Positions 1-9,856 of a stretch of 24,155 nt of DNA are shown one piece after another. Positions within the stretch are counted from its first letter, which is position 1; the number at the start of each line of letters is the position of its first letter. The notes under the pieces were generated by a model that was not told the origin of the DNA, did no database searches, and worked only from the letters and a program-made list of their open reading frames with translations. Source of the DNA: Octopus sinensis (taxonomy: Eukaryota); contig NW_021836651.1 of assembly GCF_006345805.1 (NCBI RefSeq), positions 1 to 24,155 of the forward strand, in the 5' to 3' direction. Made by a program: the position numbers and the translations under genes.

Positions 1-360
1 AAATAACAAAACACATATATATCTATGCATAATTCTAAAACAAATGCTAAAGTTCTATATAAAAAAAACAAAAGAAAAAAAACAAAACAAAAACAGCATA
101 AAATTCAAGTCAAATAAAACAGAAACATAATAGGAAGAAGACACAGCATGTAGTGCCATATGTTGTTGTTGTTGTTGGTTGTTTGGTGGTGGTGGTGGTG
201 GTGGTCGTGGTGAGAGAAGTACTATTCTAATTAGTGTTTTTCTTTATTAAATATGTTGGGTGTTCAGGTTTCATTCTCTCTTCGCAATCATCTTTTATCC
301 TGAAAAACCTCCATGCAAAGAATTTAAAATTCTTTCTTTGTCTTCAGTTTAATTATATAT

Positions 361-540
361 GTGTGTACAGGCATTCATGTGTGCGTGTGTGTGTGGTGTG
401 TGTGTGTTCATGTGTGTATGCATGTGCATGTGTGTTGTGTGTGTGTGTGTGTGGTGTGTGTGTGTTCCTGTGTGTGTGCGTGTGTATGTAGTGTGTGTGT
501 GTTCATGTGTGTGTGTGTTTGTGTGTGCTTGTATGCACAT
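361..540. repeat. (GT)n-rich degenerate microsatellite
   Basis: Visible GT/GTGTAT iterations; source of the C/V-rich and H/T-rich pseudo-ORFs. Confidence 0.9.
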
Positions 541-575
541 ATGTACATATGTACACACAAACTTACATGGAACCA

Positions 576-945
576 CATCATCATCATCATCATCATCATC
601 ATTGTCGTTTAACATCTGCTTTCCATGCTGGCATGGGTTGGATGGTTTGACTAAGTGCTGGCGAGCCAGAATGCCGCACCAGGCTCCAATCTGATCTGGC
701 AAAGTTTCTACAGCTGGATGCCCTTCATTATGCCAACCACTCCAAGAGTGTAGTGTGTGCTTTTTATATGCCACCAGCATGAGGGCCAGTCAGGCAGTAC
801 TGGCATTGACCACACTGGAACGGTGCTTTTTATATGACACCAGCAGGGGAGCCAGTCAAGTGGCATTGGCAATGACCATGCTCGAATGGTGCTTTTTACA
901 TGCCACTGGAACAGAAGCCAGTCAGGCGGCACTGGCAATGATCAC
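576..945 (-). mobile_element. (GAT)n-tailed SINE/LINE-tail repeat (family C) with three ~63-bp internal subrepeats
   Basis: catcatcat..gtttaacatctgctttccatgctggcatgggttgga..cagctggatgccctt recurs at 5556, 6960, 16688 and 20293; the subrepeat tgctttttaYRtgccacc occurs three times. Confidence 0.8.
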
Positions 946-974
946 ATACATATCTACACACACACATACACATG

Positions 975-1745
975 TAATAATAATAATAATAATGAAATTA
1001 TTGTATACAGTGCTCAGGTGCACCACAACTTGTCAGAGTATATGCAGTAATGTACAAATGTCTGGAAAGCGAACAATGTATGAGTCAGATACATGCTTGT
1101 GTGTGTATGGAGGGGAGAAAATCAGGTGTTAGTATGGCGAATCTCAGAAAGCATGGAAGTTTTGAAGGATGCAGTGCTCCAACAACTAACAGCTGATGCC
1201 GGCAGTTTGTTCCATGCTTCAGCAACTCTCAGCGTGTGAAAAAATGCTTCCTAAAGTCATGGGAGCTGCGGCTGTTTTCTGACTTTGTAATATGTCCATG
1301 GATGTTAGACGGGTGGAGTTTGAAAAGGTGCTCAGAGTTATTGTTTGTAAGATGGTTGATAATTTTATGGGTGTCTGCCAAGTCAGCTGCCAGACGTCGG
1401 AGTTTCAATGTGTCCATGTCCAGCTTCAGCAACTTTCAGCGTGAAAAAATGTTTCCTGAAGTCATGGGAGCTGTGCTGTTTTCTGACTTTGTAAATATGT
1501 CCACGGGTGTTAGACGGGTGGAGTTTGAAAAGGTGCTCAGAGTTATTGTTTGTAAGATGGTTGATAATTTTATGGGTGTCTGCCAAGTCAGCTGCCAGAC
1601 GTCAGAGTTTCAATGTGTCCATGCCCAGGGAAGAAAGGCGTTCAGAATATGGCAAATGCCTGATGGAGGGCATTCTTTTAGTTGCACGTCGCTGAACGGC
1701 TTCCAGATGATTGTGGCCTGGGCAATGTACAGTAAGCATCATACT
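975..1745 (-). mobile_element. 5'-truncated CR1-type LINE 3' end (decayed ORF2 C-terminus, 3' UTR, (ATT)n tail)
   Basis: Minus-strand translation gives LEAVQRRATKRMPSIRHLPYSERLSSLGMDTLKL*RLAADL..TRGH..RKHFFTL(R/K)VAEAWNKLP..SFK, the typical CR1 ORF2 C-terminal motif series; it has stops and frameshifts, and a short tandem-repeat tail at ~975-992. Confidence 0.85.
1216..1623. repeat. ~205-bp tandem duplication inside the CR1 fragment
   Basis: 1216-1418 is near-identical to 1423-1623; TCCATG occurs at 1211, 1413 and 1618. Confidence 0.9.
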
Positions 1746-1785
1746 TAAGAAAAAAATAAGTACTGGGGTTGATTTGTTTGATTAA

Positions 1786-2226
1786 ACGCAGGAGTGGCTG
1801 TGTCGTAAGTAGCTTGTTTACCAACCACATAGTTCCGGGTTCAGTCCCACTGCGTGGCACCTTGGGCAAGTGTCTTCTACTATAGCCTCAGGCCGACCAA
1901 AACCTTGAGAGTGGATCTGGTAGATGGAAACTGAAAGAAGCCCGTCGTATATATGTGTTATATAATATAATATATATAATATATATATATATGTGTGTGT
2001 GTGTGTTGTGTATAGTTTGTGTGTCTTGTGTTTGTCCCCCTAGCATTGCTTGACAACCGATGCTGGTGTGTTTATGTCCCCGTTACTTAGCGGTTCGGCA
2101 AAGAGACCGATAGAATAAGTACTGGGCTTACAAAAGAATAAGTCCGGGATCAAGTTGTTCGATTAAAGGCGGTGCTCCAGCATGGCCGCAGTCAAACGAC
2201 TGAAACAAGTAAAAGAGTAAAGAGTA
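1786..2226 (+). mobile_element. tRNA-derived SINE, family A (internal (TA/TG)n, AAAGAGT-type tail)
   Basis: A-box-like TGGCTGTGTCG and B-box-like GGTTCAGTCCC; same sequence at 3996, 11379, 18333 and 21413. Confidence 0.9.
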
Positions 2227-2252
2227 TATGTGTATATATATATATATATATA

Positions 2253-2697
2253 GCATGGTTCAGTGGTTAGAGTGCCAGTCCCACAATCATGAGATTGTGA
2301 GTTTGCTCAAGAACACAACACATATGTGTGTATGTGTGTGTGTATGTGCGTGTGTGTGGTGTGCGTGTGTTCATGTGTGTGTGCTTGTATGCACATATGT
2401 ATACACAAACTTACATGGAACCACATCATCATCATTGTGTTCTTGAGCAAGACACTTTATTTCACATTACTCCAGTTCACTCAGCTGTAGAAACGAGTTT
2501 CACTGTCACTGGTGCCAAATTGTCTCAGTCTTTGCCTTTCCTTTGGATAACATTGGTGGCATGGAGAAGAGAGGCTGGCATGCATGGGTAATTACTGGTA
2601 TTCCATCAGCAGCCTTGCTGAAACTTGTGCCTTGGAGAATAACTTTCTAGTTGCAATCCCATGGTAATTCATGACCAAAGCGGGGCTTTACCCTTTT
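2253..2697 (+). mobile_element. tRNA-derived SINE, family D, interrupted by a templated insertion at ~2302-2436
   Basis: Aligns along its length to the more intact copy at 22916-23252. Confidence 0.8.
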
Positions 2698-2699
2698 AC

Positions 2700-2738
2700 A
2701 TTTACATATATGTATATGTGTGTATATATATGTATGTG

Positions 2739-2784
<46 letters not shown>

Positions 2785-2922
2785 ATAAATATACGTATAT
2801 ATATATATATATGTATATATATATGTATATATATATATATATATTATTTATAATATTATATAATATAATATTATATATACATATATATATAATAAAAATA
2901 ATAATATATTTATATATATGTA

Positions 2923-2954
<32 letters not shown>

Positions 2955-2983
2955 AATGTAATAATGATAAATAATAATAATAA
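2700..2983. repeat. (TA)n/(TAA)n microsatellite tract
   Basis: Directly visible. Confidence 0.95.
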
Positions 2984-3496
2984 ATAATATAAGGGATATT
3001 AGCCAACCGAATATGGTTAGGGACAGGGCAGGGTGGTAGGGGTGTCACTGTTGCATTTAGCCCCAGGCGAACATCAACGTCACCAGATAGGCCTGACGCC
3101 ATCACGGCGTCCTCTATCTTGCAAAGGGAGATCACTCACCAAGAAGCGGATACCACACACGGACCTAGGTTTCAAGGTGTATTGCCTATTATCAACGTGT
3201 GGTAGGCATCGCCTCTCGATGAACGACCAACTGTGCAAGATATATATAAGGATTTTCAAGTAAATACATTTACTGATTTCGAAAATCTGTTCGACAGCAA
3301 TAATAATTCTCTAAATGAGATATAGACAGTGACTGCTCCATAATATAAGGGATATTAGCCAACCGAATATGGCTAGGGACAGGGCAGGGTGGTGGGGGTG
3401 TCACTGTTGCATTTAGCCCCAGGTGAACATCAACGTCACCAGATAGGCCTGACGCCATCGCGGCGTCTCCTCTAATGCAAAGGGAGATCACTCACC
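2984..3496 (-). mobile_element. Retrozyme-like element 1: 356-nt unit plus 157-nt terminal redundancy
   Basis: 2984-3140 repeats at 3340-3496 (period 356); contains a hammerhead motif on the minus strand; homologous to 5789-6216. Confidence 0.8.
3156..3201 (-). ncRNA. Type I hammerhead ribozyme, U3-A8 variant core
   Basis: Minus strand reads CACACG UUGAUAA U AGG CAAUACA CCU U GAAAC CUAG GUC^ CGUGUG: 6-bp stem I, 3-bp stem II, short stem III with palindromic loop; predicted cleavage between 3162 and 3161. Confidence 0.75.
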
Positions 3497-3645
3497 ATTT
3501 TAAAATTTTAACTTTAAATTTAAATAATTTTAAATTTTGAATTTTATATTATATATTTTTGTATATTATATTAATTAATTTTATTTCTATGTATTGGTTT
3601 ATGTTTTTCACTGTTTGATTTGCCTAATAGTGGTTTTATCTCTAA

Positions 3646-3687
<42 letters not shown>

Positions 3688-3995
3688 CATAATATGACAT
3701 TGACAAAAGAACTTGAAATTATGCAGGGAAACATGAATATACATATATATATAGGCACACAAGTGTATGGAAATGTACTTAATGGATGAAGTCAAGGCCA
3801 GATTAAGCCATATATTAGCCCTAAGCACTTAAAAACTGTTGGTGCCCCCACACATATATATATGTAATTAAAAATATAAACCATAATATACCATAATAAA
3901 CCATAAAATAAATATTTATCTTTAAAAATGAATCAAATCTAATAAAAAAGATGGAAAATAATGTTTCTTTTTGTATATTTCTACTTTATTTATAT

Positions 3996-4392
3996 TACTC
4001 TTTACTCTTTTACTTGTTTCAGTCATTTGACTGCAGCCACGCTGGAGCACCGCCTTTAGTCAAGCAAATCAACCCCCGGGACTTATTCTTTTGTAAGCCC
4101 AGTACTTATTCTATCGGTCTCTTTTGCCGAACCGCTAAGTTACGGGGACGTATACACACCAGCATCGGTTGTCAAGCGATGCTAGGGGGACAAACACAGA
4201 CACACAAACACGCACACACACATATATACAACGGGCTTCTTTCAGTTTCCGTCCACCAAATCCACTCACAAGGCTTTGGTCGGCCCGAGGCTATAGTAGA
4301 AGACACCTGCCCAAGGTACCACGCAGTGGGACTGAACCCGGAACCATGTGGTTCGTAAGCAAGCTACTTACCACACAGCCACTCCTGCGCCT
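3996..4392 (-). mobile_element. tRNA-derived SINE, family A, full length
   Basis: Reverse complement of the 11379-11790 copy. Confidence 0.92.
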
Positions 4393-5089
4393 TGTTTTTT
4401 AACTCATCTAAATATTTCATGATATATAGATAGATATAATATATTTTGTCATATATGTGGTTTATAAAGTCTAAGATTCTAGGTTTTAAATGCTTATCAT
4501 TTAAAATTTGAAATATTCAAAGTATGATGATTAGTAAGGCATCTAAATATAAGGATCAAAATCAAATTAAAATAAGTGATACGTAATGAAATCTATCAGT
4601 TGAAAAGGGAATGATTAAAGCTAGATAAGTAGAAAAAGTAAGAAGTTGGGAGATTCAAAATACAATTGTTGAAGAAAGAGGAAAGAAAAGAATCTAGAAA
4701 TACAAAAATGTGAGGGGACGATATATATATAAAAGGAGTTTGAATGGTGAGAAGGAAGAGAAAAAAACGAAAGAGAAATTGTATATATGAATTATTGTAT
4801 AGTAGAGGGTTCAATTATTTTAGCCATCTTAAGTTATTATTGCGTAATAGAGAAAACATAAATATTGAAGAGAAGAGTAAGTGAAAGATTAATGTATATA
4901 AATGTAATTATAGAAGTAAATTGAAGAAAAAGAAGAAAAAAAAAGAAAGAAAATTAAATTTTGGGGAGAGATAAATTCATTATTGTTTGCGAGGAATTGA
5001 GAAATAGATTCATGGATTTGTATCCAAATTGTTGTAGAAGAAAGGAAGGGGAAGAAGGATTCCCTTGAAGAGAAAGAGAAAAAAGCATA

Positions 5090-5133
5090 GTTCATATATA
5101 TATATATACATAGTGTGTGTATATATATATATA

Positions 5134-5166
<33 letters not shown>

Positions 5167-5242
5167 GTGTATATATATATATATATGTATATATGTGTGT
5201 GTATATATATAATATATATATAATATATATATGTGTGTATAT

Positions 5243-5273
<31 letters not shown>

Positions 5274-5281
5274 GTGTGTAT

Positions 5282-5317
<36 letters not shown>

Positions 5318-5523
5318 GTGTATATATATATATGATATGTGTATATATATGTGTATATATATATGATATGTGTATATATATATATATATATGATATGTGT
5401 ATATATATTTGTATATATATATGATATGTGTATATATATGTGTATATATATGATATGTGTATATATATATGATATATATATATGTATATATATGTGTATA
5501 TATATATATATATATCATATATA

Positions 5524-5556
<33 letters not shown>
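5090..5556. repeat. (TA)n/(TATG)n compound microsatellite
   Basis: Directly visible; explains the I/Y-rich ORFs. Confidence 0.95.
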
Positions 5557-5727
5557 CATCATCATCATTGTTTAATATCTGCCTTCCATGCTGGGATGGG
5601 TGACATGGTTTGACAAGAGCTGGCCAGACTTCTGTAACTGTTTTGGCAAATTTTTACAGCTGGATGCCCTTCCTAACACCAACAACTCAGCAGAGTGGAC
5701 TTAGTGGCTTTTATGTGGCACAAGCAT
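5556..5727 (-). mobile_element. Family C repeat fragment
   Basis: catcatcat..ttccatgctgggatggg..cagctggatgcccttcctaacaccaac matches 576-945. Confidence 0.75.
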
Positions 5728-5745
5728 AGCAAGTTCAATATATAT

Positions 5746-5787
<42 letters not shown>

Positions 5788-5788
5788 C

Positions 5789-6216
5789 AATATTAAATCT
5801 CTGAACGAGATGTAAACAGTAACTGCTCGACAACGTAAAGTATAATAGCCATCTCAATATGGCTAACCACTAAGGGTGGGTGTTACTGTAGCTTTTAGCC
5901 CCAGGAGATCATCGTCTCCAGCTGGCTTTAGGCACACTTTCTGTGCCCTTATGGTATTTGCAAAGGGAGGTCATCCCTCTCTCGTAAACCTAAGTGACAC
6001 GCACGGACTGCAGTTTCTAGGTATTTGCCTGTCTTCGGCGTACGGCAGTCACCGGTTTACGATGAAAGGGAGACCTGTCTGCTAATACTTATTGTTTTTT
6101 TAGTAACTTCCGTCACTGATTTCGTAAAACTGTCTGCAGGGAATAATAAATCTCTGAATGAGATGTAAACAGTAACTGCTCGACAACGTAAAGTATACTA
6201 GCCATCTCAATATGGC
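5789..6216 (-). mobile_element. Retrozyme-like element 2: 353-nt unit plus 75-nt terminal redundancy
   Basis: 5789-5863 repeats at 6142-6216 (period 353); conserved blocks are collinear with element 1 but the endpoints differ; minus-strand hammerhead. Confidence 0.8.
6001..6043 (-). ncRNA. Type I hammerhead ribozyme, CCGAAGA variant core
   Basis: Minus strand reads GUACG CCGAAGA C AGG CAAAUA CCU A GAAAC UGCA GUC^ CGUGC; predicted cleavage between 6006 and 6005. Confidence 0.75.
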
Positions 6217-6309
6217 CAAGGTGCTGTACAGTGAGACTGAACCCAATACTACAAGGCTGGGAAGCAAGCTCCTGTGTAAAGCATAATGCATACCCACTCA
6301 ACTAGTCTC

Positions 6310-6680
6310 TCAATGCCACACTTATGCATGAAGGCAGTTACCGCTCTCAACTCAACCAGATCAGTTAATAGTAAACACTACATAGGTATGTTAGAGAGTA
6401 ATCTCAAGCATAGATACATGTACAACTCTGCTTCGTTTAGACCTTCTGACAAAGGGAAAAATCTCATTTTTATCCAACTAGAGATATTGGCTAGAAAAGA
6501 ACCTTATAGTCTATCAAAATGAAATGGGAAATACTGGAGAGTAGATCACACATAAATGTTATGAGGCAATGCTGTATATGCACTGCAGCGAAGAGTATTA
6601 TATTGAAGAACATCAAAGCCCATCAAAATATTTAAATACGATGTTGCTGCTTTGATAAATTTCTGATGAAATTTTGGAAT
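6310..6680 (+). pseudogene. Decayed Penelope-like GIY-YIG endonuclease C-terminal fragment
   Basis: KHYIGMLESNLKHRYMYNSASF resembles the PLE motif YIGxTExxFKxRYxxHxxSF; a downstream frame gives CSEEYYI..YLN, resembling CLxEKxxI..LN; multiple stops and frameshifts. Confidence 0.5.
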
Positions 6681-6959
6681 TCCATTGTACCACCACACCG
6701 AACAGGTGCAAGCAGTAACAGCAAGGCTGTTCAGTGGCCTCTACACATGATGATTCCATCTTCTGTATATTTAATAGAACCACATCTTTTACTAACTTCT
6801 ATTATTACGGAATACACAGGCTCGTACCGAACCTCCTACAAATCCTACTGGACCCAGTTGCTGCCTCCATCATTACTGCCCCCATTCCTTATCACCTGCT
6901 TTCTGAGAAATGAACCTTTTACGGTGTAATAATTCCATGGTCATTCCATTCTTTTAATC

Positions 6960-7090
6960 ATCCTCTTCATCATGATCATCATCATTGTTTAACATCCATT
7001 TTGCATGCTGGCATGGGTTGGCCGGTTTGACAGTTGTCTGTTTTGGTATGGTTTCGATGGCTGGATGTCCTTCCCAATAACCAGGAGCAC
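6960..7090 (-). mobile_element. Family C repeat fragment
   Basis: catcatcattgtttaacatcc..catgctggcatgggttgg. Confidence 0.7.
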
Positions 7091-7112
7091 CTTTGGATTT
7101 AATTATCCCCTG

Positions 7113-7350
7113 GAGGTGGCGATCTGGCAGAAATGTTAGTGCACCGGGCGAAATGCTTAGCGGTATTTTGTCTGTTGTTATGTTCTGAGTTCAAGTTCTG
7201 CCGAGGTCGACTTTGCCCTTCATCCTTTCGGGGTCGATAAATAAAGTACCAGTTGTTTCGCACTGGGGATCGATGTAATCGACTTAATCCCTTTGCCTGT
7301 CCTTGGTTGTCCCTTCTATGTTTTAGTCCCTTGTGGGCAGTAAAGAAATA
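7113..7350 (+). mobile_element. tRNA-derived SINE, family B (Deu/Nin-like central domain)
   Basis: B-box GAGTTCAAG; central gccgaggtcgactttgcccttcatcctttcggggtcgataaa..gtaccag resembles, from memory, the conserved Deu/Nin SINE domain; further copies at 17011 and 21045. Confidence 0.85.
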
Positions 7351-7659
7351 TATATATATATTTGAAAGGCTTTGTGAAAATTACTTGATGCAGTTTTTAT
7401 GTATAATGGGGATTTTTTTTAAAAGATTATTTTTTAAAAAAATTTATAAAATCTTTTATCAGATTGTTACCAACCTTTTTGGAAGAAGTTTTTTTTCTAG
7501 TGTTTGTGAGAGTGCATTTGATTAATCTTTTCAAACACACCTGCTATTGGATATACATATATGTGACTGCCCAGTATTACAAAAAATATTTATACTCTAC
7601 TTTTGTGTTGATATACATGCATACATCCAGTGTATGCATTATGTATGTTTGTGTGTATA

Positions 7660-7721
<62 letters not shown>

Positions 7722-7823
7722 GGAGTAAACACATAAATGTGAAACAAGGTGGAAAAAAGAGTACTCAAATACCAGTGGTAGAGTAATATGCTTTATTCAA
7801 AATCAGCAGAAAATTCAACAAAA

Positions 7824-7862
7824 CCTGTTACTCAGAGTTTCCCGTTGCCGTTCGTCGGACAG
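7824..7862 (-). ncRNA. Minimal hammerhead (CCGACGA core), minus arm
   Basis: CUGU CCGACGA ACG GCAA CGG GAAA CUC U GAG UA^ ACAG; 4-bp stem I; one stem II mismatch. Confidence 0.55.
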
Positions 7863-7897
7863 TCTGACGAACGGGAACGTGAAACTCAGAGTAGCAG
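7860..7897 (+). ncRNA. Minimal hammerhead (canonical CUGACGA core), plus arm
   Basis: CUGACGA at 7864-7870, ACG-GGAA-CGU stem II, GAAA at 7881-7884, ACUC-A-GAGU stem III, GUA^ at 7891-7893; stem I is imperfect. Confidence 0.6.
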
Positions 7898-7930
7898 GTT
7901 TTGTTGAATTTCCTGCTGCTTTTGAATAAA

Positions 7931-7986
<56 letters not shown>

Positions 7987-8762
7987 ATGCCCACACACAC
8001 ATATATATACATGTACACATACGCAGATTTAATGAATAGTTGTATCCATACACATACACATTTCTACGCATTTGTGTTGTAGTTGTGTTACTTTGCAACA
8101 CCATGTTGTAGCCATAAGCAAGTTCCACATAATGTTTTATATCAGTCATCCTGATGGAAAGTAAGTGCCATACACTCTTCACAGATGAACAGTTAACTGC
8201 TGGAAAGGTGTCAGTCAGCTGGAAAATCAGTTTCCTCACCTCCTAGCAATTCATCAGACAAATGTCCTAATTTCCTAAAAGAAAACAAAAAAAGCAGAGC
8301 ATGGAAATATAAACAATGACAATGATTTTTATGAAAGACACTCATCCTACATCGACATGTATACATACATACTGTACACACACATACACCACACACACAC
8401 ATACATAAACACATGCACTTGTACATGCGTGTGTGGTTGATACTTGTGAAATGAATGTGTGAGTGTGTGTTTGTGTCTGTCTATTGTATGTGTACTGTAA
8501 TGTGTTGGAATGCATGTATGCACATCTATGTTTATATATGTATATATCTATATGTGTGTGTGTTTGTATACATATATATATACATATATAAACAGAGTAT
8601 ATTTCTGTGTTTTATACTGGCATGCATGTGTATCCCTTTTCTCTCTGCTACTGTGTGCACACACACACACACACACACATACACAAACGCATGCACACAC
8701 ACACACACAGAAAGCCAAAGGAAAAAAACAAGGCAAATGTGTTTGTCTGTGTGTGTGTGTGT

Positions 8763-8798
<36 letters not shown>

Positions 8799-8801
8799 AT
8801 A

Positions 8802-9016
8802 CCGGAGTAAACACATAAATGTGAACAAGGTGGAAAAAAAGTACTCAAATACCAGTGGTAGAGTAATATGCTTTATTCAAAATCAGCAGAAAATTCAACA
8901 AAACCTGTTACTCAGAGTTTCCCGTTGCCGTTCGTCGGACAGTCTGACGAACGGGAACGTGAAACTCAGAGTAGCAGGTTTTGTTGAATTTCCTGCTGCT
9001 TTTGAATAAAGTATAT
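8802..9016 (-). mobile_element. Second copy of the pLTR-like hammerhead hairpin
   Basis: Duplicate of 7720-7936; CUGACGA at 8944-8950. Confidence 0.7.
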
Positions 9017-9824
9017 ATATATATATATATTATATATATATATATATATACACACATACATGCCCACACACACATATATATTACATGTACACATACGCAG
9101 ATTTAATGAATAGTTGTATCCATACACATACACATTTCTACGCATTTGTGTTGTAGTTGTGTTACTTGACTTTGCACACCATGTTGTAGCCATAAGCAAG
9201 TTCCACATAATGTTTTATATCAGTCATCCTGATGGAAAGTAAGTGCCATACACTCTTCACAGATGAACAGTTACTGCTGGAAAGGTGTCAGTCAGCTGGA
9301 AAATCAGTTTCCTCCTCCTCCCTAGCAATTCATCAGACAAATGTCCTAATTTCCTAAAGAAAACAAAAAAGCAGAGCATGGAAATATAACAATGACAATG
9401 ATTTTTATGAAAGACACTCATCCTACATCGACATGTATACATACATACTGTACACACACATACACACACACACACATACATAAACACATGCACTTGTACA
9501 TGCGTGTGTGGTTGATACTTGTGAAATGAATGTGTGAGTGTGTGTTTGTGTCTGTCTATTGTATGTGTACTGTAATGTGTTGGAATGCATGTATGCACAT
9601 CTATGTTTATATATGTATATATCTATATGTGTGTGTGTTTGTATACATATATATATATACATATATAAACAGAGTATATTTCTGTGTTTTATACTGGCAT
9701 GCATGTGTATCCCTTTTCTCTCTGCTACTGTGTGCACACACACACACACACACACATACACAAACGCATGCACACACACACACACAGAAAGCCAAAGGAA
9801 AAAAACAAGGCAAATGTGTTTGTC

Positions 9825-9856
<32 letters not shown>

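Larger units (their letters stand above)
7720..7936 (-). mobile_element. Penelope-type terminal repeat (pLTR-like) with a partial inverted copy forming a 150-bp hairpin
   Basis: 7786-7860 pairs with 7862-7936; each arm carries a minimal hammerhead followed by AATAAA; flanked by (TA)n. Confidence 0.7.

Noticed and set aside
1786-1870. tRNA gene-like A/B boxes
   Set aside because: These are SINE heads without a complete cloverleaf and continue into the SINE body.
3040-3135. Twister- or HDV-like reading of TTTAGCCCC..TGCAAAGGG
   Set aside because: Could not place the required UAA cleavage loop and pseudoknots, or P1/P3 pairing, in both units.
2984-3496. LTR retrotransposon, solo LTR or CRISPR interpretation of the direct repeats
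   Set aside because: No TG..CA ends, primer-binding site, polypurine tract or target-site duplication; endpoints differ between homologues; no spacer array.
3800-3830. Pistol-like TTAGCCCTAAGC
   Set aside because: No upstream P1 hairpin with a complementary loop; likely chance.
234-5575. Many C/V-, H/T- and I/Y-rich ORFs (also around 8455-10200 and 11726-12002)
   Set aside because: Translations of (GT)n, (CA)n and (TA)n microsatellites.
6660-6690. CTGATGA after the GIY-YIG relic
   Set aside because: No GAAA or stem II at the right spacing; at most a decayed remnant.
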